From Spirochaetaceae bacterium UBA5556 (GTDB lineage Bacteria; Spirochaetota; Spirochaetia; Treponematales; Rectinemataceae), in contig DIMW01000002.1 in NCBI GenBank assembly GCA_002425765.1, positions 106,590 to 170,589 on the forward strand: a DNA stretch of 64,000 bases. Direction: 5' to 3'. The translations under genes were made by a program, and so were the position numbers. Numbering within the stretch: position 1 is the stretch's first letter; every line of letters begins with the position of its first letter. The notes beneath the pieces were generated by a model. The model was not told the DNA's origin, did no database searches, and was given only the letters and a program-made list of their open reading frames with translations. This document shows, piece by piece, positions 17,757 through 26,736 of the stretch.

Positions 17757-18157
17757 GCCTTCTTCCTTTCCATGCGGTGAGTATGGGGCTCGCTTTCCTT
17801 GCGATGATCAGTGCGATCGTCATAGCGCGGTATTTCAAGACGAAAAAATGGTGGCTCAAGGCGCATAGGGTACTGAATATTGGTGCCGTCATGTTTGCGG
17901 TCGTGGGACTCGTGTTCGCATTGCTCATGGTGAGTTCGACCGGAGGGCCGCATATCCGCGTCCCGCACGCGGCGATCGGCGCCGTGACGCTGGTGTTGCT
18001 CGTCGTCATGCCGTTTCTGGGGTCGGCTATTTTCAAGACGAAAGACAAAAAGGCCATCGCGAACCTCAAAAAGACTCACCGCCATATGGGAAGAATCACC
18101 ACGCTCATGCTGACGGCAACAGTAGCCGCCGGCTTGACGCTCGCCGGAATTCTGTAG
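17753..18157 (+). CDS. 4-TM multi-histidine membrane protein (minimal cytochrome b561-like core)
   Basis: Four hydrophobic helices, each carrying His at or near the helix: His7, His38, His67/His72, His109/His111. This matches the layout expected for a two-haem four-helix bundle. ATG 17753 overlaps the DOMON stop (ATGA). Confidence 0.6.
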   Translation: MSLLPFHAVSMGLAFLAMISAIVIARYFKTKKWWLKAHRVLNIGAVMFAVVGLVFALLMVSSTGGPHIRVPHAAIGAVTLVLLVVMPFLGSAIFKTKDKKAIANLKKTHRHMGRITTLMLTATVAAGLTLAGIL

Positions 18158-18260
18158 GGTCCCAAAGCCCGAACGATCGGTCTTGGCCGACGGCGCGGCC
18201 ACGTGATTCCCTGCCCAGGCCTCGGTTGCGTCAAAGCCCCTGTCTGTGCCATCCTTAGGC

Positions 18261-19568
18261 ATGCATGGACAAAACACGGCTCCCCGTCTCATTTACAATA
18301 TCGGTGAGCTCTGGACACCCGAGGGAAAAATCGCGGCCCGGGGCGCGGCGATGCAAAAGATAAAAAAAATACACGGCGCCTGCATATACGTCAAAGACGG
18401 CCATATCGCGTGGGTCGGAGAAGAGGCGCGGTTGCGCGCCGTCGATTCGGCCTTCTCCCACGAAGCACTCGGAGCGACACCATATAATGCCGAGGGTCTC
18501 TCCTGCGTCCCTGGTTTTGTCGACAGCCATACACATTTTATCTTTGCCGGCTGGCGCGAGGATGAATTCTTCTCGCGCGCCCAAGGGCTGCCCTATATGG
18601 AGCTCCACAGGCGGGGTGGAGGCATCCAGAACAGCGTGCTGGCCACCCGCAGCGCGTCTCTGGATGACTTGATTCTTCTCGGCCGAAAACGCCTCGATAC
18701 GATGCTCTCTCTGGGGATAACCACGGTCGAAGGCAAATCCGGCTATGGCCTCGATGAGGAGACAGAACTCCGCCAACTTCTCGCGATGCGTGAGTTGTCT
18801 CGCACCGGCGGGCCCGATATCGTCCCGACATTTTTGGGAGCGCACTCGGTTCCTCTCGAGTTTAAAGGCGAACCGCGCGCCTACCTCTCATTTTTGACAA
18901 GAAAACTGCTTCCACTTGTAAAGAGCGAGAAATTGGCTCACTTCGTCGATATTTTCTGCGAGGAAGGTGTCTTCGGCCTGGAGGATTCACGCTGGTATCT
19001 TGAGCGCGCACGCGCAGCCGGCTTCGCGCTCAAACTCCATGCCGATGAAGTCTCCCCCCTCGGGGGCACCGCCCTCGCCGCCGAACTCGGCGCCGTCAGC
19101 GCGGACCATCTCCTCAAAGCCTCCGGCGACCACATAGCCAAGATCGCCGCCTCGGGCACGGTCGCCTGTCTTCTCCCCCTCACCGCCTTCAACCTCCGCG
19201 AGCCCTGCGCCAGCGGCCGCCGCTTCATCGATGCCGGCTGCGCCGTTGCCCTGGCGAGCGACTTGAACCCCGGCTCCTGCTACAGTCAGTCCATTCCCCT
19301 CATTTTCGCCCTGGCGGTGCTGTATATGGACATGTCGATCGAAGAGACGCTCACCGCGCTTACTTTGAATGGGGCCGCGGCGCTCGAACTCGCGCCGCAC
19401 ACCGGTACTCTTGAACCCGGCAAAGACGCGGATTTTCTGCTGCTGGACGCGCCATCGCCCGCACATCTCGCCTATCACGCGGGGATGAACCTCGTACACA
19501 CCGTGTTTAAAGACGGCATTCCGGTCTGGCAAAACGGTAGAATACCTGAGATGAATATTGTGCACTAG
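18261..19568 (+). CDS. hutI: Imidazolonepropionase
   Basis: Amidohydrolase HxH motif GFVDSHTHFIFAG. HutI-type N-terminus (LIYNIGELWTPEG...IYVKDGHIAWVG). Later VEGKSGYGLD, LHADE and SDLNPGS. Start set at ATG 18261 rather than GTG 18246. Confidence 0.93.
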   Translation: MHGQNTAPRLIYNIGELWTPEGKIAARGAAMQKIKKIHGACIYVKDGHIAWVGEEARLRAVDSAFSHEALGATPYNAEGLSCVPGFVDSHTHFIFAGWREDEFFSRAQGLPYMELHRRGGGIQNSVLATRSASLDDLILLGRKRLDTMLSLGITTVEGKSGYGLDEETELRQLLAMRELSRTGGPDIVPTFLGAHSVPLEFKGEPRAYLSFLTRKLLPLVKSEKLAHFVDIFCEEGVFGLEDSRWYLERARAAGFALKLHADEVSPLGGTALAAELGAVSADHLLKASGDHIAKIAASGTVACLLPLTAFNLREPCASGRRFIDAGCAVALASDLNPGSCYSQSIPLIFALAVLYMDMSIEETLTALTLNGAAALELAPHTGTLEPGKDADFLLLDAPSPAHLAYHAGMNLVHTVFKDGIPVWQNGRIPEMNIVH

Positions 19569-20458
19569 CCCTTCGCGGCAGAAGCTTTCCTCATACGCGA
19601 TGCCACATAGATCCCCACGGCCGTCAGCACCACCACAAAGGCCACGACAATAGCCCTGCTGGGTTTTTCACCAAACAGAAAGAGACCGAGAAAAAGCTGT
19701 ATTGTGGGTGAAAAATACTGAATGAACCCCAATGTCTGCAGGCTGATACTTGTCGCAGCGACTCCAAACAGCAAAAGCGGTATGGCTGTCACGACGCCCG
19801 CCATAATGAGAAGAACGCTCACTCCCAAACCTTCGTTGCCAAAGGCCCCGGCTCCCCTGGCGTGCACCACCAAAAGGAAGATGAGCATGAGAGGAGTAAC
19901 GGTGAACGTTTCGAGCGCCAGGCTGGTGATTGGGGGCAGATTGAGTTCTTTCTTGGCCGCCCCATACAGCGCAAACGTGAGCGCCAAAAGAAGGGATATC
20001 CATGGCACTTTTCCATAAAGGACCGCCGCGGCGACAATGCCGGCTGTGGCGATGCCAAGCGCGAGACGGGTCCATCCGTCTATCTCTTCGTGAAAAAACA
20101 GAGCTCCCAGAACGACAGAAAGAAGCGGATTGATGTAGTACCCAAGCGCCGACTCGAGGACATGATTTGATGTCACCGCATAGATATAGAGCCCCCAATT
20201 CACGGTCACGATCAGGGCGGCACCAATGACGAGCAGTACGTTTTTTCTCGTGCTCAAGGCCTCTTTCAGACTCTTCATCTCTTTCGTACTCAACAGGAGC
20301 GCCACACAGAATACGGCCGCCCATATGATTCGGTGCGCCAAAATCTGAAGAGAATTTACTCCCGACAGGAGTCTCCAATAGACAGGCAGAACGCCCCACA
20401 TGCCATATGCGAGAAAGGCGGCCAAAAATCCTTGTTTCCTGGTGAATCGTGCGGCCAT
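19565..20458 (-). CDS. rarD: RarD-type EamA/DMT transporter
   Basis: N-terminus GFLAAFLAYGMWGVLPVYWRLL is typical of RarD. 10 TM helices. Its stop overlaps the hutI stop on the opposite strand (CTAG). Confidence 0.85.
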   Translation of the reverse strand: MAARFTRKQGFLAAFLAYGMWGVLPVYWRLLSGVNSLQILAHRIIWAAVFCVALLLSTKEMKSLKEALSTRKNVLLVIGAALIVTVNWGLYIYAVTSNHVLESALGYYINPLLSVVLGALFFHEEIDGWTRLALGIATAGIVAAAVLYGKVPWISLLLALTFALYGAAKKELNLPPITSLALETFTVTPLMLIFLLVVHARGAGAFGNEGLGVSVLLIMAGVVTAIPLLLFGVAATSISLQTLGFIQYFSPTIQLFLGLFLFGEKPSRAIVVAFVVVLTAVGIYVASRMRKASAAKG

Positions 20459-20481
20459 AATGGTCTCTTTTCCTTTTCTCT

Positions 20482-20517
20482 AAACAAAAAGCCGCCCCTG
20501 CGGGGGACGGCCTTTTT
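20482..20517. terminator. Bidirectional rho-independent terminator closing the ribosomal super-operon
   Basis: GCCGCCCC-TGCG-GGGG(A)CGGC stem flanked by A5 on one side and T5 on the other. On the minus strand it reads GCCGTCCCCCGCAGGGGCGGC followed by TTTTTGTTT. Confidence 0.75.
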
Positions 20518-20556
20518 ACTCATGCAACATTCATTTCACCTCGCATTCGCGAGGTC

Positions 20557-20727
20557 TCACTTCGCATTAGCGAGGTGGGCTTTGCATACTTTGCATATCT
20601 TGGTCTTCTTGCCATCGATCTCCTGCTCGTATACCACCTTGACACCGGTGCGCCCGCACACGGGACATGTCCCGCGGCCACTCGCGGCAACTTCTCTTAG
20701 GCCTTTTCCTCTATGTGCTTTGGACAT
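20557..20727 (-). CDS. 56-aa basic zinc-ribbon protein (CxxC...CxxC), not in the ORF track
   Basis: Minus strand: GGAGGA SD, 7 nt, ATG 20727. Translation: MSKAHRGKGLREVAASGRGTCPVCGRTGVKVVYEQEIDGKKTKICKVCKAHLANAK*. It starts 23 nt after the rplQ stop and lies upstream of the operon terminator. Confidence 0.65.
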   Translation of the reverse strand: MSKAHRGKGLREVAASGRGTCPVCGRTGVKVVYEQEIDGKKTKICKVCKAHLANAK

Positions 20728-20750
20728 TTCAGCTTCCTCCCTGTGAACCC

Positions 20751-21176
20751 TTAGGCCTGCTGCTTCTTTGCCTTGCGCGCGGCCTTGCGTTTCTCGCGCT
20801 CGGCCCTCTTTTCGTCGGCCTTCTGATCGACCAGCTCAAGCACGACAAGGCTGGCGGCGTCGTTCGCGCGATCACCGAGTTTGAGAATGCGGGTATACCC
20901 GCCGTTGCGCTCCTTGAAGCGCGGGCCGATTTCGGTGAACAGCTTGGCTACCGCATCCTCGCCGTATAATCTGGCGGACGCGATTCTGCGATTATGGACC
21001 GAATCAACCTTTGCCCTGGTGATGAGCTTTTCAGCCGCGCGCCTCGCCTCGATCGCCTTCGCCTTTGTGGTTACGATCTTCTCCTCTTTGAGCAGCACGG
21101 TAACCATATTGCGAATAAGAGCCTTGCGGTGAGCGGCGACTCGGTTCAGTTTGTTATAGCCGATCTTATGATTCAT
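20751..21176 (-). CDS. rplQ: 50S ribosomal protein L17
   Basis: [24 protein letters not shown]... is the bL17 hallmark. Follows rpoA. Confidence 0.97.
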   Translation of the reverse strand: MNHKIGYNKLNRVAAHRKALIRNMVTVLLKEEKIVTTKAKAIEARRAAEKLITRAKVDSVHNRRIASARLYGEDAVAKLFTEIGPRFKERNGGYTRILKLGDRANDAASLVVLELVDQKADEKRAEREKRKAARKAKKQQA

Positions 21177-22221
21177 CGCTCTCTTCCTTCTTCATATTGA
21201 GTTTGATGTGATTTCTCAGCGCGGAATAATCCGACATACCGAGGGTCAGATTCCATTCGGCAAGCTTTGTCTTGATTTCCTGAAGAGACTTTTTACCGAA
21301 GTTGCGCGTCTTGGTGATTTCTTCCTCAGTCTTCTTGGTGAGGTCGCCGATGGTCCTGATGCTCGCATTCTTGAGACAGTTGAACGAACGTACGGAGAGC
21401 TCAAGCTCTTCGACGGGCATATTGAGAATCTGGCGAACGCGTTCTTCGATCTCGTCGCTCGTCTCCTCGCCGCCGGCTTCATTCTCGTCGAAATTCACGA
21501 AGATCGAGAAGTGATCCTTCGCGATTTTTCCCGCTTCGCCGAGGGCGTCTTCCGGACGAATAGTGCCATCGGTCCATATCTCGAGCACGAGTTTGTCGTA
21601 GTCGGAGCGCTGGCCAACCCGTGTCGGCTCAATGGCGTATTTCACTCTCGTCACTGGCGTGAAGATCGCGTCCATCGGGATGGTGCCCACGACATCGATG
21701 TACTTCTCGTTCACTTCGCTCGGCACATAGCCGCGACCCAGATTCACCTGGAGCTCCAAGCCGAGGTGGACTGTCGGCTCAAAGCTCGCGATCTTGAGAT
21801 CGGGATTGAGCACGACGAGGGATCCCTGATCGGCAAAGAAATTGCCGCGCAGTTCCTCGATGCCTTTGATCTCGTAGTCGAGCGTGAGCTCCTCTTTGTC
21901 GTTTGGAAGCCGCAAGCGCAGCTTTTTCAGATTGTTCAGAACTTCGATCGTATCTTCCACCACGCCTGGGATGGTCTCGAACTCGCTCGTAATTACGTGC
22001 GGTACACCTTCGTCATCGTACCGAGTGATGCGGACGGCGGTGATCGCATACCCCTGAATGGAGGACAACAGGATGCGGCGCAGGGTATTCCCGACGGTAG
22101 TTCCATAGCCCGGCTCAAAAGGATACGCCACGAACTTGCCATAGGTGTCAGTCGATTCGCTCTGTTCGTAGGTGATGCCCTTCGGCCTCTTGAAACCTTT
22201 AAGTAGGCTTTTGCGCGCCAT
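21166..22221 (-). CDS. rpoA: DNA-directed RNA polymerase subunit alpha
   Basis: 351 aa with an alpha-NTD and an alpha-CTD helix-hairpin-helix ([21 protein letters not shown]). Sits between rpsD and rplQ. Confidence 0.97.
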   Translation of the reverse strand: MARKSLLKGFKRPKGITYEQSESTDTYGKFVAYPFEPGYGTTVGNTLRRILLSSIQGYAITAVRITRYDDEGVPHVITSEFETIPGVVEDTIEVLNNLKKLRLRLPNDKEELTLDYEIKGIEELRGNFFADQGSLVVLNPDLKIASFEPTVHLGLELQVNLGRGYVPSEVNEKYIDVVGTIPMDAIFTPVTRVKYAIEPTRVGQRSDYDKLVLEIWTDGTIRPEDALGEAGKIAKDHFSIFVNFDENEAGGEETSDEIEERVRQILNMPVEELELSVRSFNCLKNASIRTIGDLTKKTEEEITKTRNFGKKSLQEIKTKLAEWNLTLGMSDYSALRNHIKLNMKKEESDES

Positions 22222-22230
22222 TTCCGCTCC

Positions 22231-22866
22231 TTATTTCGAGTATAACTCGACGACCAGCTGTTCTTTGATATCCACAGTGTCCGTAACGTCCTGGCGCTGC
22301 GGATTGGTGACGTAACGGCCGGTCATTTCATCTGCATTGACCTCAAGCCACGGCATAACGCCAGATTTCTGCGTCTCTTCGAGTGCCTGGCGGATCGTAT
22401 CCATCTTTTTGGCCGCCCCGATCACGGAGACCACATCGCCGGCCTTCACGAGGGAAGAGGCGATGTTCACGCGTTTCCCGTTGACGGCGATGTGACCATG
22501 GTTTACAAGCTGGCGCGCCTGCGCCCGCGACGTCGCGAAGTGCAGCCGGTACACGACATTGTCCAATCTGCGCTCGAGAAGGATGATGAGATTGTCGCCA
22601 GTCTTGCCGGGCAGACCAAGAGCCCTCTCGAAGGTATTGCGGAACTGACGCTCCATGAGGCCATAGTTGCGCTTGAGCGCCTGTTTCTCACGGAGCTGCA
22701 CCGCATATTCGGACTTCTTTCCGATGCGGGTCTTTGGAGCCTTCCCCGGGGGAAGGCGTTTTTTATTGATCGGGCACTTGTCGCTCCGACAGCGCTCGCC
22801 CTTCAAAAAGAGCTTCCTGCCCTCTGCGCGGCAGAGTCTGCACACAGGTCCAGTATATCTAGCCAT
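22231..22866 (-). CDS. rpsD: 30S ribosomal protein S4
   Basis: MARYTGPVCRLCRAEGRKLFLKGERC... plus an S4 RNA-binding domain. Confidence 0.97.
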   Translation of the reverse strand: MARYTGPVCRLCRAEGRKLFLKGERCRSDKCPINKKRLPPGKAPKTRIGKKSEYAVQLREKQALKRNYGLMERQFRNTFERALGLPGKTGDNLIILLERRLDNVVYRLHFATSRAQARQLVNHGHIAVNGKRVNIASSLVKAGDVVSVIGAAKKMDTIRQALEETQKSGVMPWLEVNADEMTGRYVTNPQRQDVTDTVDIKEQLVVELYSK

Positions 22867-22881
22867 TCTTATAACCCCCTC

Positions 22882-23274
22882 TTAAATGCGGCGGGCCTTC
22901 CGGGGCCTGCAGCCATTATGGGGAATCGGTGTCACATCGTTGATCGACTTGACTTTAAGCCCCATTACGCCGAGCTGTCGGATCGCGGACTCGCGGCCGA
23001 TGCCGGGCCCTTTCACGAACACATGCGCCTCACGCAGGCCGGCCTGCATCGCTTTCTGCACCGCAGCCTCGGTCACTGTCTGAGCGGCGAATGGTGTGGA
23101 TTTTTTTGCGCCGCGGAACTCATGGCTTCCGGAACTCGACCATGAAATCGCGTTCCCATTGAGGTCGGTCACGGTCACAATCGTATTGTTGAAGGTCGCC
23201 TGGATGTAGACATTCCCTTCATATACGCTCTTTTTCTCTTTTCTTTTCTTTGTCTTTGTCGTACTCGCAGCCAC
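22882..23274 (-). CDS. rpsK: 30S ribosomal protein S11
   Basis: [26 protein letters not shown] and the C-terminal [12 protein letters not shown]. Confidence 0.97.
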   Translation of the reverse strand: MAASTTKTKKRKEKKSVYEGNVYIQATFNNTIVTVTDLNGNAISWSSSGSHEFRGAKKSTPFAAQTVTEAAVQKAMQAGLREAHVFVKGPGIGRESAIRQLGVMGLKVKSINDVTPIPHNGCRPRKARRI

Positions 23275-23289
23275 GTGTATGCCCCTCCG

Positions 23290-23661
23290 TTAGACGGCTT
23301 TCTTTTTATTCGCAACGGTCTTTCTCTTACCTTTGCGCGTGCGCGCATTCGTTCTCGTCCGCTGTCCGCGAACGGGAAGACCTCTGCGGTGGCGTAGGCC
23401 GCGATAGCAGCCAATATCCATAAGTCGCTTGATATTCAACGCAATCTCGGTTCTCAAGCGGCCTTCGACTTTGTAGTCGTTCTCGATGACTTTGCGAAGC
23501 TCGTTGATCTCCTCATTGGAAAGATCGTTGATTCTTTTGTTCGGATCGATGCCGGTAGTTTCGCAAATCCGAAGTGCGCTGGATCGCCCGATTCCATAAA
23601 TATAGGTGAGGGCGATATCAACATGCTTGTTAGGGAGGTCGACTCCCGCGATACGCGCCAT
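23290..23661 (-). CDS. rpsM: 30S ribosomal protein S13
   Basis: [25 protein letters not shown]. The 23-codon ORF-track 5' extension was dropped. Confidence 0.96.
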   Translation of the reverse strand: MARIAGVDLPNKHVDIALTYIYGIGRSSALRICETTGIDPNKRINDLSNEEINELRKVIENDYKVEGRLRTEIALNIKRLMDIGCYRGLRHRRGLPVRGQRTRTNARTRKGKRKTVANKKKAV

Positions 23662-23677
23662 GAGCTTCCTCCTGCTC

Positions 23678-23791
23678 TCAGCCTTGTTTCTGTTTGTGTT
23701 TAGGATTGTCGCAGACAATCCTGACCACACCGTTGCGCCGTATTACCTTGCATTTATCGCAGATTTTCTTGACGCTCGTTCTGACCTTCAT
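23678..23791 (-). CDS. rpmJ: 50S ribosomal protein L36
   Basis: Below the ORF-track size cut-off. Minus strand from ATG 23791: [37 protein letters not shown], the canonical CxxC...CxxxxH zinc ribbon. Confidence 0.95.
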   Translation of the reverse strand: MKVRTSVKKICDKCKVIRRNGVVRIVCDNPKHKQKQG

Positions 23792-23843
23792 GGGTTCCCC
23801 CTATTCGCAAACACGCAATTAAATACCATTTGTGCAAAAGTTT

Positions 23844-25163
23844 CTATAGGTTCCTCGACCTGATATGGCCTTTTCGCACGAGGCCATCGTGATGGTGCAT
23901 TTTGAGAAGCGCCTCCACCTGTGCCATGGTGTCGAGGTCGACACCGACCAGAATGAGCAAGGAAGTGCCGCCCAGCAAATACGCCATCTGGCTCGGGAAA
24001 TTGAACAGCCTCTGCACCAGGGTCGGGATAAGCGCGATGAGGCCAAGGTACAGAGACCCCGGCAGAATGATTCGGTTGAGCACCCTCGTGAGGTACTCTT
24101 CCATTTTATCGCTTCGGATGCCCGGGATGGAGCCGCCATTTTCCCGGATATTCTTGGAGATTTCCTGCGGGTTCAGGGTTACCTGGGTATAGAAGTACGC
24201 GAAGAAGATGATGAACACCACGTAGAAGAAATTATACCAGAATCCACTCGGTCTGAGCCAATATGAGAAATCTCTCAGCCACTTCGCCTGAACGCCAAAG
24301 CTCTGCGCAATCTGTAATGGGAACGTCAGAAGGCTCGACGCGAAGATGACGGGGATGACGCCCGATGGATTGATTTTGAAAGGAATGTAGGTGTTCTGCG
24401 CGCCGTACATCCGCCTGCCCACGATGCGCTTGGCATAGTTGACCGGTATTTTCCGCTGCCCCTGTTGCTCAAGGACGACGAGCGCGACCACCGCCACAAA
24501 CATGATGAGCACGACGATGGCGTATATCGCGTTGATTTCGCCTACCTGAATCTTCTTGATGAGCTCGAAGGTCGCGTTGGGCAAACGTGCCACAATACCG
24601 GCAAAGATCAAGAGCGAAATACCGTTCCCTATGCCGCGCTTGGTAATCTGCTCACCAATCCAGACCAGGAACATCGTGCCCGTCGTGACGGTGATGATGG
24701 CGACAAACGTATAGAGCGTGCGGTTGGACATCACGATCGCATTGGGAATGCGGTCCGCCCATACGGTCACGGAGAAGCTCTGGATAATTGCGATCACAAT
24801 GGTTCCAAGCCGTGTCCAGCGCGATATTTTGCGCCGGCCGCCCTCTTCTTCCGCAACGCTCTTGAGCTTCGGGAAGATGACGATAAGCAGCTGCATGATG
24901 ATCTGCGCGCTGATGTAGGGCATGACACCCATCATGAAGAGTGAGAAATTCTTGAACGCCCCGCCCGCGAAGAAGTCGAGGTAATCGGTGATACCCGTGC
25001 CCGTGCTGGATTGATTCGCGAAATATGACTGAAGCGCGCTTGCGTTGATCCCGGGGATGGGCAAGAATGCACCCAAGCGGTATATTGCAAGCCAGAACAG
25101 AGTAAAGAGTATCCTATCCTTCAATTCCTTGACTCTGAAAATATCAACGAGTGTACCAGCCAT
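23844..25163 (-). CDS. secY: Preprotein translocase subunit SecY
   Basis: 10-TM SecY with typical N-terminus ELKDRILFTLFWLAIYRLGAFLPIPG. Start set at ATG 25163 (AGGAG SD 4-5 nt upstream). Confidence 0.96.
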   Translation of the reverse strand: MAGTLVDIFRVKELKDRILFTLFWLAIYRLGAFLPIPGINASALQSYFANQSSTGTGITDYLDFFAGGAFKNFSLFMMGVMPYISAQIIMQLLIVIFPKLKSVAEEEGGRRKISRWTRLGTIVIAIIQSFSVTVWADRIPNAIVMSNRTLYTFVAIITVTTGTMFLVWIGEQITKRGIGNGISLLIFAGIVARLPNATFELIKKIQVGEINAIYAIVVLIMFVAVVALVVLEQQGQRKIPVNYAKRIVGRRMYGAQNTYIPFKINPSGVIPVIFASSLLTFPLQIAQSFGVQAKWLRDFSYWLRPSGFWYNFFYVVFIIFFAYFYTQVTLNPQEISKNIRENGGSIPGIRSDKMEEYLTRVLNRIILPGSLYLGLIALIPTLVQRLFNFPSQMAYLLGGTSLLILVGVDLDTMAQVEALLKMHHHDGLVRKGHIRSRNL

Positions 25164-25180
25164 TCGCTCCTGCCTTTCTA

Positions 25181-25654
25181 TCACGCATCTGCCGAAGAAC
25201 CAGTCGCCGCAGGCACTTCTACTTTGCCGCCGGCCGCTTCGATCTTCGCTTTTGCACTGGAAGAAACCGCATCGACGCTCACAGTGAGCGCCACGCTGAT
25301 CTGACCTTCACCGAGAATCTTGACGGGCAGCTCAGGCTTTCGCACGAGTCTCTTCATGAAGAGGCTCACCGTGTCGACCGTATCGCCGGCCTGAAATTTG
25401 CCTTCGATATCGCGGAGATTCACAATTTGATATTCCTTGCGGAAGGTGTAATTGGAGAAACCGCGGCTAGGCAGACGTCTGTACAGAGGCATCTGACCGC
25501 CTTCAAAGCCAGGGTAGGTCTTCCCGCCCGAACGGGACTGCTGGCCCTTATTCCCACGGCCAGCGGTACCGCCTGAGCCTGAACTGTCACCTCTGCCGAC
25601 GATGCGTTTCTTCTTGTGTGCGCCTTCCGGGGCGTGGAGATTGAAATCAGCCAT
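25181..25654 (-). CDS. rplO: 50S ribosomal protein L15
   Basis: GRGDSSGSGGTAGRGNKGQQSRSGG glycine-rich uL15 N-terminus. Its ATG overlaps the rpmD stop (TGATG). Confidence 0.96.
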   Translation of the reverse strand: MADFNLHAPEGAHKKKRIVGRGDSSGSGGTAGRGNKGQQSRSGGKTYPGFEGGQMPLYRRLPSRGFSNYTFRKEYQIVNLRDIEGKFQAGDTVDTVSLFMKRLVRKPELPVKILGEGQISVALTVSVDAVSSSAKAKIEAAGGKVEVPAATGSSADA

Positions 25655-25836
25655 CACTCCACCTCCTTGGTTTCAACCAGATGCCGCACTCTGTTCACCA
25701 TGCCGAGGATCTGCGGACTCGCTTCCTGGATGGTACTCGAACCGATTTTCCGCAGCCCCAGACAGCGGACTGTCGCACGCGCCTTCGGTTGCTGACCGAT
25801 GGTGCTGCGAACCAATGTTATCTGAATTCTGGCCAT
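25654..25836 (-). CDS. rpmD: 50S ribosomal protein L30
   Basis: MARIQITLVRSTIGQQPKARATVRCLGLRKIGS... 60 aa. The long ORF-track 5' extension overlaps rpsE and was dropped. Confidence 0.95.
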   Translation of the reverse strand: MARIQITLVRSTIGQQPKARATVRCLGLRKIGSSTIQEASPQILGMVNRVRHLVETKEVE

Positions 25837-25838
25837 GA

Positions 25839-26351
25839 TCAACTCCACATATCTTTGAGGGTCTTGCCTCGGTTTTTCGCCACTTCCTGGGCGTCGAGCA
25901 GCTGGCCAAGACCGGAGAATACGGCTCTCACCACGTTGACCGACGTTCGCGAGCCAACACACTTGGAGAGAATATCGACGTAACCCGCACATTCCATGAT
26001 GGAGCGCACGGGGCCGCCGGCGATAACGCCAGAACCAGGGCAGGCCGGCTTGATATACACGGTCGTCGCCTTATATCTGCCTGTCACTTCGTGAGGCAGG
26101 GTGCCCTTCTTCACGGGTACGGCGACCATGGCGCGCTTCGCCTTCTCGACACTCTTGCGGATCGCCTCGGTGACATCGTTGGCCTTGCCGAAACCGAATC
26201 CGACATGGCCCTGCTTGTCGCCGATCACCGTCAGCGCGGAGAAGGAAAACCTGCGGCCGCCCTTTACGACTTTGGCGGTCCTGTTCAATTGAATCAGTTT
26301 TTCGGTGTAGCCGTCCTGCACACCGGAATCATCTCTTCTTGTTCGTTCCAC
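25839..26351 (-). CDS. rpsE: 30S ribosomal protein S5
   Basis: LNRTAKVVKGGRRFSFSALTVIGDKQGHVGFGFGKA. Confidence 0.97.
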   Translation of the reverse strand: MERTRRDDSGVQDGYTEKLIQLNRTAKVVKGGRRFSFSALTVIGDKQGHVGFGFGKANDVTEAIRKSVEKAKRAMVAVPVKKGTLPHEVTGRYKATTVYIKPACPGSGVIAGGPVRSIMECAGYVDILSKCVGSRTSVNVVRAVFSGLGQLLDAQEVAKNRGKTLKDMWS

Positions 26352-26360
26352 AACCGCCCC

Positions 26361-26726
26361 CTAGAATTTTACGCCGGCTTTCCGGACGCCGTCGGCGATC
26401 GCTTTCACGACGCCATGGTACTTGTAGCCGTTTCTGTCGAACACTGCCTGGGTAATGCCTTTTTCCAGGAGCCGTTTCCCAAGTTCCTCGCCGATCGCGC
26501 CGCCGGTCTGGATGGTGGGTCTAAGGCTGCGGAACTGCTGTTCCATGGTCGAAACGCTCGCGATCGTATTCCCCGCTGTGTCATCGATCACCTGCACGTA
26601 GAGGTGCAGGTTCGACCGGAACACGGACATGCGCGGTCTATCCGCGGCGCCCGTGATGGCCTTCCGCACATGGGTTCTGCGTTTCTCGCGCTTGCGGATC
26701 TTATCTGATAGTTCTCTTACGCTCAT
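26361..26726 (-). CDS. rplR: 50S ribosomal protein L18
   Basis: [20 protein letters not shown] and the C-terminal [14 protein letters not shown]. Confidence 0.97.
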   Translation of the reverse strand: MSVRELSDKIRKREKRRTHVRKAITGAADRPRMSVFRSNLHLYVQVIDDTAGNTIASVSTMEQQFRSLRPTIQTGGAIGEELGKRLLEKGITQAVFDRNGYKYHGVVKAIADGVRKAGVKF

Positions 26727-26736
26727 GCTCTCTGCC

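Noticed and set aside
19565-19568. Convergent hutI and rarD stop codons overlapping in CTAG
   Set aside because: It is real but trivial: a 4-nt palindrome containing TAG on both strands. There is no evidence of regulatory meaning.
20536-20580. Possible UGA read-through or SECIS element at the end of the zinc-ribbon ORF (UGA followed by the hairpin ACCUCGC-GAAU-GCGAGGU and a second in-frame UGA)
   Set aside because: The hairpin is short and lacks the apical features of bacterial SECIS elements. Read-through would add only 6 residues that duplicate the C-terminus. A simple 21-nt tandem duplication explains it.
21208-22206. 332-aa plus-strand ORF antisense to rpoA
   Set aside because: It is a shadow ORF opposite a certain rpoA gene.
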